A stretch of DNA of 55,763 nucleotides, filler included, from Sphacelaria rigidula (Eukaryota): the NCBI GenBank assembly GCA_964200075.2. It is 6 parts of 6 records of this genome, joined end to end, with 100 filler letters (N's around TTAATTAATTAA, not from the genome) between each part and the next. Parts side by side here need not be neighbours in the genome. Positions count along the whole stretch, not along the records: positions 18,623 to 27,833 come from CAXNAA020009037.1; positions 27,934 to 37,143 come from CAXNAA020009038.1; 4 more parts are not named here. The stretch is one strand, 5' to 3'. The position numbers and the translations under genes were made by a program. Below, piece by piece: positions 22,301 to 33,981 of this stretch (its first letter is position 1; every line of letters begins with the position of its first letter). A model generated the notes under the pieces. It was not told where the DNA came from, searched no databases, and saw nothing but the letters and a program-made list of their open reading frames with translations.

Positions 22301-25300
22301 ATATGCGAAGACGATTACACACCCAAGAGGTGGAGAGAAAGAGTAGTCGTCAACTTTTTCAAGACAAGGCTGACCCAGGAAATCATAGGGGGATAACGCT
22401 ACTAAGCACGGTAGGGAAAACGTTCTGTGAGATTCTGAACGATGGAGTGGGAACGGTGCTAGAAAAAAAAGACAAAATCAGCGAGAGGCAAGCAGGATTC
22501 AGACCAAACCCTAGTTGTTTAGATCATGTGTACACACTGAGTAAGATTTTTCAAGGTAGGAAAGACGCCGGGTTGACAGCGTACAGTTTTTTTCTAGACG
22601 TGCAAAATGCTTATGACACAGTATGAAGAAATGGATTGTTAACAAAGTTGTTGGAAGCTGGGATCAGAGGAAAGATGTGGAGAATGATGAAGAAGATGAC
22701 AGAATGTGCCAAAAGTGCCATGATGCTAGACGGGAAAATATCGAAATATTTTGATATTTTACAAGGAGTTGCACAAGGATGTACGTTATCACCCACTCTG
22801 TTCAAGGTATTCATTAATGGCCTGATAACAGTAATAGAACCAGCAAAGCAAGGGGTCAACGTGGGTAAAGATATGGTATCAGGAATGATGTTGGCGGATG
22901 ATTTTGTGGGGGTTTCAGGAACAGCAGAAGAATTGCAACGACATATAGACAAGGCCCTAGGAATACTTGGAGATGGAGAGTAACAGCGAATGTCAACAAA
23001 TGCGCTGTACTCGTCTGTAACGAAGATAGGAGAAATCCGGTAGAGTTCAAATGGAAGTGGGGAGAAGAGGAATTGCCGATCATAGACCAGTATACATACC
23101 TTGGCGTAGAGATATATAAAAACTGTTCTTGGGGTGCATACATAAACAAAGTAATAGAAAAGGGTACGGCAACGATAGGCAGGATGGACGTGATCCTCAG
23201 AGATTCGAACCTAGACACTAGGATCAAGAGATGTATCCTGATAAACGTGATTGTACCAAAGCTGTAATATGCAGGAGAACTATGGGAGGGGAAAGTGAAG
23301 TTGGTGAAGAAGTTGGGAACGGTACAGATGGCAGCAGCTAAGAAAATATTTGGATGCTCGAAAACGATGGGCAATACAGTTTTGAGAGCAGAGTTGGAAA
23401 TGTACTTACTTAAAACAAACAGGGACACGAGGAAATTGCGATGTCAATATAGTTCAAAATACATGCAGAAAAAGAGAGTGTCAGCTATAGTTGATGAGGC
23501 TATATAAAATACATTTACAGAAGGGAATGCTGGAAAAAGGTGGGTCAGGAAGGTCTAGAAAGTATGGAAGGAGATAGGAGGGAACGAAGAAACACGGGAT
23601 TTTACAAATTGCGGATGGATTTTTATTGGGGATGAAAACCCGGAGAATCCAAATCTCCGTATCCACACCAAATCTTCGAAGTATGCTTCCATTTTTTTGC
23701 TTGCTGGTAGCTATTGACAACTACTGCACGCCACACAAATTTGAATTTCGATAACCGAAATGCCGGTATCCTAGGTGAAAAACCAACTTTGAGCGATTTT
23801 CGGTGTCCGATCGGACGCCAAAATTGTTTTTTCACCTAGGGCCCCGACATCTCGGTTATCGAAATCCAAATTTGTATGCCGTGTAGTAGTTGTCAATAGC
23901 TATCAGCAAGTGAAAAAATGGAAGCATACTTCGAAGATTTGGTGTGGATACGGATATTTTAATTCTCTGGGTTTTCATTCCCAATAAAAATCCATCCCAA
24001 ATTCGTAAAATCCCGTGTTAAGATGAAAAGCTGTCTATAGGTGAAGGCGCGGAGTACAAGACAAGAGTAAGAGGCATGATAGAAGTAGGGGAAGGAGGAG
24101 CACTCAGACGCAAAGTACACGAGGAAGAACACCTGAAAATATACAGGGGGTTGAGAGAGGGGATAGGGATGAAAACATGATCGCATGGCCCAATGGACGC
24201 GGCGAAAATGTTGAAACTGTGATCTCGGGTGGGGGACGTGGACCTGCCAAAAAGAAGAAAGATATGTACCAGTCGTCGAACGGAGGAGGAAGTAGATGGG
24301 CAGAACTCCCCCTGTGGCCAAGGAACAGAGAGCAGAAGTCATATAGTTGCAGAATGTGAACTATATAAGAAAGAACGGGACGTGCTAAAGGGGGAAATGC
24401 GGGACGTGAACGAAGATAGCATGAAATCGTTTGATACATTAGACAGTTGCGAGAAAACGATGGCAATACTAGGAGAAAGATGGTGGCCACAGACGGCGAA
24501 ATAGGACCGGGATAAGATATGTACGAGGTTTTTGTGTAATGCATGGAAGAAACTATGGAAGAAACATAATTAGCGCCGATATGTTGAAGGTGTTTCTATA
24601 AGGAGTAGGAACGGTGCTCCGCCTCGAAAGGAATGCGTGGTCAATGGTAAAACGACTAAGGCGAGCAACAAATGAGTACGCCCCTCAAAAAACAAATCTC
24701 GGAGCTTTTGAACCAAAACAGACCCGTCAACAAGACCTCCAAGCTTCTCGTCGCAGGAGAAATTGCAGGTTTAGTTTCCGGCACGCACACGGGCACACAT
24801 GAAGGTTTTCGATAGCAGCTAAAAATTATCATGTTATGCAGGGTAGTGGTGAGGACCGGGAAATGTTAAAACGCCTACATGTTCTGTAAGGTTTGCGTCC
24901 GGGAAGAAACCCCTCTACTAAGTACAAGTGGACGTATAAGCCAAGACGGAATACTAGCTCTGGCTTCCGGGATGGTCGCGCAAAAGGAGAAGTAGAATTT
25001 GTTCGCTGTACTGTAGCACCTTTTTGGTGACGTCGGTGGAAACCGAGAGCTTGTCGAGTTCGAGCCCACCGGCCTTGGCGGTAACCTGAGGGAGATCAAG
25101 AAAGGATTCGGAGATTTTGTATATTGTTAGATGTCGCCTTGAAAGAATTCGCAAGCGATGTATAAGCGCAGTACGGGAAGACCGTTGGGGGGCTGCTTCT
25201 AGCGAACATGCAAAAGGTTCTTGAACGCGGAGTGTTCCTGGGGGAATCCGATGACCTGTATGATAAAACGAAGATTCCAGTGATTGTCGACCATCCGACC

Positions 25301-27260
25301 GTCTCTAGGGTTTCATAGAATGTTACCAAATCCTTGTCATGACTAACCCAAGTTTCATCGGGAGTAAGCGTGGACGCGCACATGCGACACCACTTGGCAT
25401 TGAGAGCGTCCATTTAGAGGAAGATAATCCTCTCAATCTGTTTCTACTTCTGCCTCCCTCCTTGTTGCCCATCGCGATCGGTTGCCCTTTCTCCTCCACT
25501 TTTCATCATATACATCTGCGAAGGATGTGGAAGAGAAGGATGACCAACCAAGCAACGGCCACGGGGACGTGGAGGAGACAGCAACTGCGGTCAACTGCCA
25601 CCTACCACCAGCCATTCCCGACCCTTCTCACAAAGAAAGAATGAACCGTAACTCCGCGGATACAGTGAGGTCACAAGCGGGTTTAGTTCTCAGGACTGAG
25701 GGACGTGGCAGCGTGGTGCTGATTGAAAAAAACGACGACGGGGAAAGGAATCTATCACAATGTTCCCCAGTCACCAATGCTTTATTGGCGGTAGGGGATG
25801 GCTACCTCTTGTGTGGCGTTCTCTTCTGTGTACGGTGGAGCGAAAGCTCTTAAATTTCTAGCAGCACGTTTGCTGTAACAATTTTTTCTTCAATTAGCTC
25901 TGAGTGTTGCGAACGATAGTTGAGTGGCCAGGACAGTATCAGCCGACCCAGTGCGAAACGTCATCATGATGCATCATCATGATGCATCATCATCATCATC
26001 ATCATCATCATCATTGTCATCATCATCGCCGTCATCATCATCATTAAATAGCCTGGATCCGTTATTGAGGTTCGACATTTGGGTGAGGTTCAACTCGAAA
26101 ACAGTGCTTTTCCTGACCCTAAAGTCACGATCAATGAATTTCATACGGACGAACTCATGCCCCCCCACTTCCTTAAATTTATTATTGCGGTTTGCGCGTC
26201 TTCCGTGCCCCTAAAGCGCATGTGCGAAAGCACTTTTTGCCTCGATATCGGGCGAAAAAGGAGACGTTTTTAGCCCGAAATCGGTGCTTTCGCATATATG
26301 CTTTGGGAGCACGGAAGACGGGCAACCCCCAAGAATAGCTTCAAGAAGGTCGGGGGACATGATGTCTTTCATATAAAATTCATTGGTCATCACTTGAGGT
26401 CAGGGAAAGCACTGTTCTCGAGTTGAACCTCACCCAAACGTTGAATGTCAAAATCAGATCCAGGCTGTTATTGATTTCAACGCCAACGACGACCGTGCCG
26501 TCTCTTCACACAAACCCGTACTTTGTCCGCCTGTTAGCAAAGTACGATACCTCATTTGTGTTGTAAGACCAAAACTGACCAACTTTGAATCAACTCTCCT
26601 CACTAAACATACATCGAAGCCGAAGTCCTAATTGACCGCACCCACGCCACAAACCTCTGATTTTTGTCAACTTCATCTACAGGCAGTGACACTGACGCAT
26701 ACGCCGAAAGGTGATGACCTGATCAAAGTTTCAGACATGCAGTGCAAATTCGCACGGATCACTCTTGCGGATCACACCAGAGGGAAACTGGAAACACACG
26801 TTTGCTGATACGCAATCCGGGACCTTGGGTTTCATATTTTCCATGGTGGGGACTATCCTGACACGTACTGCGCTCAAACACTGGTCTTAGAGCCGATCAT
26901 TTCAGTCGACGCAACCATGTACAGTGCAAAACAAAATATATTTTGAGGCTACGAGATTTCTTCAAACATATGTCTGAATAACTCCGCTATACAGCTGAAA
27001 TCATATCTCTACAAAACCTCTTTCGATCGGTCCTATCAACACCACATGAATCGCCGAATAACTTGAGATGTGATCGGTGACACACCGCACCCTTTACCCA
27101 TGCGACAGAGATGATACCGAAATACGTACATGCCATCGTCGAACCGCACCTGCATAATGGCTGTCAGGAATGACTGCGGATTGAACAGTCCACTGATCCA
27201 TGTCACTGCAGGAGGCTCTGTGGGGTTCGCCACCCAATCCGTGAGCTGCACAACCCGCGC
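19385..27260 (-). CDS. Axonemal dynein heavy chain (outer-arm beta / DNAH9-17-like), last five exons
   Basis: Exons 27260-27150, 25085-25020, 20400-20314, 19850-19747 and 19508-19385 splice in phase. Product: ARVVQLTDWV...WISGLFNPQSFLTAIMQ|VTAKAGGLELDKL...DVTKK|...GAYINGLSLDGARWN...|...SKPREMYCPMPII...|MCPVYKTQQRGPTYV...KWVLAGVVLVMDII*, the canonical dynein HC C-terminal domain. Confidence 0.95.
20760..20927 (+). repeat. Stacked short 3' ends of family A LINE subfamilies separated by C-runs
   Basis: C-run, then GTCTCGAAAGGGATGCGTGG...AAATGAGTAC, C-run, then GTCAATGG...GATCATGAGTACA, C-run, with repeated CCCCACGAG(TAC). Confidence 0.8.
20928..24684 (+). mobile_element. Near-complete ORF2 of family A non-LTR retrotransposon (APE + RT + CCHC; RTEX/L2-like architecture), decayed, in a dynein intron
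   Basis: APE motifs VVLVGDVNARVG and SVLDYIVV. RT motifs NHRGITLLS, RQAGFRP, FLDVQNAYDTV, GVAQGCTLSP and LADDFV. C-terminal PCG...SHIVAECELY. Many stops and frameshifts. Ends AAATGAGTACGCCCC. Confidence 0.93.
23591..24019. mobile_element. Foldback/MITE, 429 bp, ~200-bp arms, termini AACACGGG...CCCGTGTT, 4-bp TSD AAGA
   Basis: Long inverted arms read directly. AAGA at 23587-23590 and 24020-24023. Paralogous LINE copies (~13560, ~15935) show the empty site. Confidence 0.92.
25961..26043. repeat. (CAT)n microsatellite, imperfect
   Basis: Tandem CAT units. Confidence 0.9.
26047..26469. mobile_element. Foldback/MITE, ~423 bp, termini AATAGCCTGGATC...GATCCAGGCTGTT
   Basis: Inverted arms of ~185 bp (e.g. 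TTTGGGTGAGGTTCAACTCGA vs TCGAGTTGAACCTCACCCAAA). Flanks ATTA/ATTG are a possible 4-bp TSD. Confidence 0.88.
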
Positions 27261-27754
27261 CTGTCGGTTTTGATGAACACAAACGTGGTCACTGGGGCGC
27301 TCGAATCAACTCGCACACGGCTGAAAAGGTACATAACCGCCCAGGACACACATACTGATGTATCCATACGATCGAGCATGCGTTTGGCTACATTCAGCGG
27401 TACACGTACACACACGTATGTATATATATATATATATGGCTCCCGCTACAAAGGTGTAGAAAACCTGTGTATTCGAGGTTGATACAAACTAGAGTTGCCA
27501 CCTGACGTGCAAGTCTCACGTGCGGGTATTCGGCTGTTGAGAGTGCCCGCTACTGCGCCGCCCGCGTTTACCCGCGTTGTGTCGAAGGGTCGAACGACCC
27601 CGGAATCAGTGTGTGTGTCCTTAAGCGTTGACTGCAGGACAGTACAGTACCTGGCGGTACCCCACTCTGTGCTAACCGAGTGCGATGTGTTGTTAGCACG
27701 ACGACGTGTGGAATCATCTTCACCCAGGAAGTGTGGCCGAAACAGGGCGCAAAT

Positions 27755-27833
27755 GGGGGGGGGGAGGGGGTGTACTCATGATCATGAATGCCATAGTCAT
27801 AAGACCGTGGACCTCGCATTACCACAAAGCCAG
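27755..27833 (-). repeat. 3' end of a family A LINE subfamily with poly(C)
   Basis: Reverse complement reads ...GACTATGGCATTCATGATCATGAGTACA-C-run, matching 20872-20908. Confidence 0.8.
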
Positions 27834-28497
27834 NNNNNNNNNNNNNNNNNNNNNNNNNNNNNNNNNNNNNNNNNNNNTTAATTAATTAANNNNNNNNNNN
27901 NNNNNNNNNNNNNNNNNNNNNNNNNNNNNNNNNGTGCACCGTGAGTGTGACAGGTTGTCTGACACACCTATGCGGCCTCTTTTTCGTTCAATAAAATACC
28001 CCCCCCCCCCCCTACACACACATGCTAGGATGACTTATTAACCAACCTCAGCTCGATGAACTGCTACAGCGGTCACTCATATGGGGCACTGAATATTATC
28101 CGAGATACGACTATCTCATGGTAAGTTATTTCGCATTTTTGACTGTTATACAGCTTTGTTGCGGTAGGTTCCTGCTGATAAATCGAACACTTTGAGCCAT
28201 CGCTCGTTGGTCTCAGTAATGAGCGAGAGAACTGAGGACCCCGTGCCTGTTCGGTCGAAAATTGGACGCTCTCCCTTGACAATTATCTTCTTCCTTTTTT
28301 TTCTTCTTTTTTTTCCATTGATTTCTCTCTTTTCTGTTCCGTCATCTTCGTCATACTATGTTGGTTCCGTGGGTCTTGGTTGCGGGGGAAATAGTTAGAT
28401 TGCACCCGTTAGTGGTCAAAAGCATCACCCCTGACTCTTGAGCAAAGCACTCGTGATTAAAAGCTGTTACTACCTCATCTTCCATTTCGATACTGCC

Positions 28498-28579
28498 GCG
28501 CCCCGGTAGTGTAATGGTCCGACTGTCGCCAATATGGCGGGGAGAACGAGGATTCGATTCCCCATGCGCTAGGTTTTTT
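28498..28579 (+). ncRNA. tRNA-like Pol III element (tRNA pseudogene or SINE head)
   Basis: A-box-like TAGTGTAATGG (28507-28517), B-box-like GGATTCGATTCC (28550-28561), internal hairpin CGCC-AATAT-GGCG, and a T6 terminator at 28574-28579. The cloverleaf is not canonical. Confidence 0.55.
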
Positions 28580-28982
28580 CTTCGTATTGTCTGATTTCCA
28601 CCGTGGAGAGCGTGAGAACGTGAGTAAACAAAAGTCGACTGAGTTTGTTTGAGGTGAGTTGACGCGGTGCGGGAGTGCTGGTCATGATCCAATCCGCGAG
28701 ACCAAAATGCAGAGGCGTGTACCGGGGGAGAATTTGCTTGATCCCTTGAGAATACGGACCCATTCCGAGGAGGGGGAAGGGTTCAAAGTACGACACATAA
28801 AAAATGAAATCGATACCTATTGCACTCCCGGTTATTTCGTACCCCAGCTTGCTTGCCAACTCTTGATCTTGAGCGAGATGCTGAGAGGTAGTTATATGTT
28901 CGCGATTTCCACGGTATCTGGCGTATGCTCACAAGTCACGTTCTTCCGCGTGCCATTCCCGACCAGTGCGCACTTGCACCAG

Positions 28983-31900
28983 ACAGAGACCACTCTCCGC
29001 GAGTGCAGGAACACGGTTGCGGAGCTGCAGAGAATGCTGGCTGCAGCAAAGGCGGAGGCCAGCGATAATTTGTACTTCAAGGAAAAGTAAGCTGCTTTCG
29101 GACACGACGCCGTCCGATTGTCGATAGAAGGGGGGTAAACCTCCCGTCCCTTTGTCATTTCCGTGGTCCGCACCGCTTTCACGTCCTCACCTACACTAGG
29201 CAACCCGCTGTACAGCTCAACGAGGCAAAATATGTGTATGACTCGGCTTATGGGGCCCACACCCAGCGTATCGCGAAACCACAGGTTGTTTCCCTTCGCC
29301 GGCTTCCTTTGACGTCGATATGTGCCTTTACATTCCCGCTTCCATGGTTCGAAAGGAACACTGTGCTGCAGAAGCAGCTTGATCATGCCGAAATCTTCAC
29401 GCGAGGGGCCAGGACGGAATGTGCCAAGGTACGCTGGTTGTATCACCATAGGTTATCCCCCAAAGGTGTCACGTACACTCCGCTTTGTTCATCTTGGGTA
29501 CGTGTAGCTTGTGGATAATGACCAATCACGGCAGGGTCCCTCAAAGATCAGTTGATGAGCGACAATCAATCAGTCAACCAGTGAGTCAACATCACCGACC
29601 ACAAAGCCTGTAGTCCTTGCCCCAGCCCCCCTGGCTTGTCGAAATAGACAGAGGAGGCGGGGCTTGACTTGGTTTCAGGTACTTTGACTCAGCGTAGTGG
29701 GTATTTTTCATGTAGAGCTTGATTTATTTACTATTGTGTTCCAGTGACTATTGATGGCTACAACGTAGCTAAACTTTTGTCGTCCGGTACAGATACTAAG
29801 TGCCGCCCGTGGTATCGTTGCATTTTTGCGCGCTCTTTTGTTTGGGTGCAGAGGCCTACACCACTTGCAAGCAGCGGCTGCATGTAGGGTAGAATAGTGC
29901 GTGACCCTACCTGTGGAGACGTGGGCGATTACGGTGATACGCATGCGATCGATGCCGTCCGTGCGCTTGATATAATTTTAGTGCTTCGACGCGAATCAGA
30001 GAATGAGGCACCGCAAACTCACTGCAGCTGCGTACACATGAACCGCTCGTGTTTGCTTCCCGCTAGGCAAAGTGGGAACTCCAAGAGCAACACGCAACTG
30101 TAATGGAACTGAGAACGTGGATGGGATCAAGCGAGGCCAAGGAAGCAAAGGCAAAGGCCATCGAGAAAACTCTGAGGGTGGGTGGGTGGACTGTCCGCCG
30201 ACTGCGTAGCCGATGATTATTGCCGGTCAACAATCGATTTTCGAAGTCGACGTTTGCGCCGTTCCCGGGTCAACTACTGTGGTTTGAGCTTGGGAATATG
30301 ACCCCCATTACAAATGTTGTGTATGAGCCTCTGTGGGGGTATCACAAGTGTACGCAAGCGCTGTGTTCGTGCACGTTTCGCGAATCCGACTTGCGATAAC
30401 AGAAGAGACGCTGTTGCGTTGAGATTCGCCAGGGTGAGAACACCCATCGCTGACACCAACGTCAGCAACAGCTCACGAGGAATCCAAGATAGGAGTGCCC
30501 GGCGGAGTGGCTCGTTTGTACTTGGCGGTTGTAGGGATCAGCGGGAGCGCGGAGTTACACGGAACTGACACCCATGCCTTCTGTCAATTGCTGATTTCTC
30601 TCATTGGCTTTCACCTCAATCAATGGTCCGCAATTATTTTTCCCTCTGTTTCCTGCTCTCTCATGTTCTATTTTGTTTCTGGATTCCTGATATTTTCTCC
30701 CACATTCTCTCTCCAGTTTTTTCCTCCTGTTCTTTTCCCAGTTTTATTCTTCAGTCTAGGCCGTAGTTTTGTTCTCTCCCTTCTGTAGAGTTTGCAACTG
30801 AGAATTTGCAGGTAGCTGAGTTGCAAGATGCGTCTGCTGCATCGTGTCGTACGGCCTCCTTTCCGGAAGCCATGACATGGGTTTGTCGAGAGTTTTCGCG
30901 GGACTGCGTACTATACTAGCTCCTGACTGGCGTCTTTTTTATCCATTCCATCTAACCCTTCCGTCTTCATTATATCATGCGTCCTTCCTCTTTTCCTGTT
31001 CTTTACTTCCTTCTCTCGACTTCAGCGAGCATGAACAATTGCTAACCCTGAGAACGTTTTTCTTGTGAGCCCCTTTTGGGTTCGTCGAGGAGCAGACCGT
31101 GTACGGCAATCAACCACGCACTATGGGTGGCGTAATACAGTCCTTCCGTTGCCAACTCAATCCATTCGACGCACCCGTTACTAGCGGCGCCTATTATCAT
31201 TGCGGTCGAAACGTGCTGAAGATTTCACTCATTGAGGGCCAATTGACGGCCCGCGCATTCTGACCTACATAACGTGCGAGGAACCCATACGCGCCTACAA
31301 CTATCAGGAGACAACAGCGGCCTTGGAACGGAAGTTACGGACGGCAGAAGATAACTATGATCGATTGGAAATGCAGCGATTAGCGAGGCTTGAAAACCTG
31401 GTGTCTACGGAAACACAGGTATTGTTGTTCAGAGTGTGGCATACGACAAGGGATTGCCACAACCGTCCATCAGCAGAAGATAACTTCAAAGCGAGTAGGT
31501 GCCTCAACTGGCTCCGTCATCCGGATGGTCGACGTATACCCTTTCCAATTCAGACGGTTGCCGCCTGTCGCCCAACGCCTTCAGTCTCAATTTTTAAGTT
31601 TGCCCTTGGCGAGTGACCTCATGTGCTCCGGACGAGGAGGTCCCTGAGTGTCGCGGGCTGTCCCTTTCAACCTCGTATACGGGTATGACTACTCCGGCGC
31701 ATGGAATAGGTGCAGAAACATCATTCGTGCGTACAATTGCGGTTGCGTGTTCCCTCTAATGACATATTGGCTCATTCGCGGCTTCCTAAGATATGCGGCT
31801 ACGGGGATCCGGATTTAGGCCTGGGAAGAGAGAATTCGACGCAGACGACGTTTCACTCTCCCGAGCTAACGTTAAGGTACGCGCAACATTGCTGTTTACC

Positions 31901-33981
31901 CGTTGCCTTGGATGACGTGAATCCTGTTCGCTCAGAAACAGTCCAGATGGCGCCGGCAATTTTAGCAGCGCGTGCAAATGGAGACTGATGGCGTGAAAAT
32001 ACAGTGATAGCTAGCTCCCAGCTTAGCCCCGCGCAATTCTTTGGATAGAACCCACGAACAGCAGACCTCGTCACGAAAGTTTCGAGTAGAGACCGAGGGA
32101 CACATGTGAACCTAACCCTTGACATTCATCCATGGGTCTAGCGCTTGTTGGATACGCGCTGCGAGCCGATGTGTGGCGACCCCGCCTATTCTTCATGTTG
32201 CTCACGCGACCTCATAACCATGTCGATCGTTTTATCGGAATCCCAGCACTACCTTGTTACTTCGTCTCTCTGCTTGAACTTAGTACTTGAAAATTAAACA
32301 TTTAACGTTCTACGTCTAATTCTCCTGGCTCGTTTTCGTACAACATGGACACAACTCATGGGCATGCCTCCATTACAAGACGCTGCAATAATCAAAGGAT
32401 GTTCCCAGCCCATGCCTCTAGCGTCCTGGCCAGAGGCAACACAGCTTGTCCAGACTCTATTCGCGATACCGGACAAGTCAAAGCGAGCGATCCAGGGGTT
32501 GGGATTGTCTACCCCGCCGTCGACGGGAGAGCTGCCGTCATGAATCGTGACATATATAGCCCTGGGGGCGGGTACGCGGTAAGAAGGGGTCGTGAGGCAG
32601 GCGTGGTATCGTACTGCATGACTTGTGGTCGTGCTTGGAACAGCGGAGTACGTTTCTGGTGCTCGTCGGTTGCTGATTTTCGTCATTTCACCGACACAAA
32701 TAGAGTCATATGCGGATGGATGCACGTTTAAGGTATCGGACACAACAATCAGTGGAAGACGTACACGTAGGTGGGCTCAATCGCCAATCACATGAATGAC
32801 AATAGTCAGAGCCGGGGGTTTATGCAATAACATATTCTCGCCAAGAGGTCGGTATGCTCATTCCCTTCTCGCCCCAAAGCGCTGAGTGCCGTTATCCTCT
32901 TCCGACCGACGTGCCCCACCAGGCGTTTACGGAGACGCAGAGTTTCGGCGACGTACATCCTGGACAGGCATCCCTTGTGAGGCCGGGGTCACTTTCCGAC
33001 ACTCATGCGCGTGGGTCTGCTGGATGCGGTCGGAGCAAGACCTATTCGGAGTCGCCTGGAGACACCGACGCCGACCAGTGGGGGCTCTGGAATGAGAGTT
33101 CACTTGAGGAAGAAGATTCTAGAAATCCCAGGGGGTTGACGGACGGAAGTCAGCACCACCTGCCAAGGGACGCGCGCTCTGCGCCCAATTTGACCGCAGG
33201 CGGTGTTGTCTCGGAAAGTCAAAATGATCGGCGGCCTCGAACCTCCCCTGATCAAGGCAGCGGCCACGTCTCAACACGAAACGGTAGTGGTGACAGGAGA
33301 GCGCCTAAGCGAATACACAGCAAATGGCTAATGCAGAGCGCGATGGATGTTTCTCTTGGTGACTGGACAGATGGGGAAATGTTGTCGCCGGGAAGTAGTA
33401 TCTTTGGTGACTCGTGGCGGGAGCAGAGTGCTTACAGCGAACCTTCTAAACGATATCATTTGGACACCACACACCGGCCAACGACTTCTCCTTCTAGGAT
33501 CGGAGGTACAGTTCAACACGGTGGCGCCAAATCTGAACACTATTACGGGGTTATGACAACGACGGTAGACAACACCGGGAATAGCGTGGGTGCATGGTCA
33601 GGCCACCCGGGCTGTGTCCACCTACCACAACCCCGACTTTCCGGCGCCCAACACTTGGAACAGAGCTGTGGCGGAGCGATGAAGTTACACAGCAGCTCCT
33701 GCCAGCACCGATCCGGCTTTAGTGATACCACGGGATTGACTGTTCAAGTACCGACACCGAAGGTGTGGGGCAGCAAACAAATGATAGCCGCTGTTGCTGC
33801 AGCCACGGAAGGGCATCCGGCGAGTAGTAGGGAGAGGGCGGCGACAAAGGGAGGAAAGTTGATTTGGTTGAGCGAAGGAGGTGTAGTGCAAGTGGAAGAT
33901 AGGCTTTCCAAAGCGAGGAGCACTTTGAGGGGTGACCTTTTCGATGCTGCCGAGCGAGCGGCGTTACCCCTGTTGCAGTAA
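28983..33981 (+). CDS. Uncharacterised coiled-coil protein with long low-complexity C-terminal exon (partial)
   Basis: Exons 28983-29086, 29356-29428, 30067-30177, 31308-31418, 31791-31876 and 32880-33981 join in phase (junction phases 2,0,0,0,2). The first four are E/K/Q/L/A-rich and heptad-like (TETTLRECRNTVAELQRML..., LERKLRTAEDNYDRLEMQRL). The last exon is the 375-aa ORF. Confidence 0.75.
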
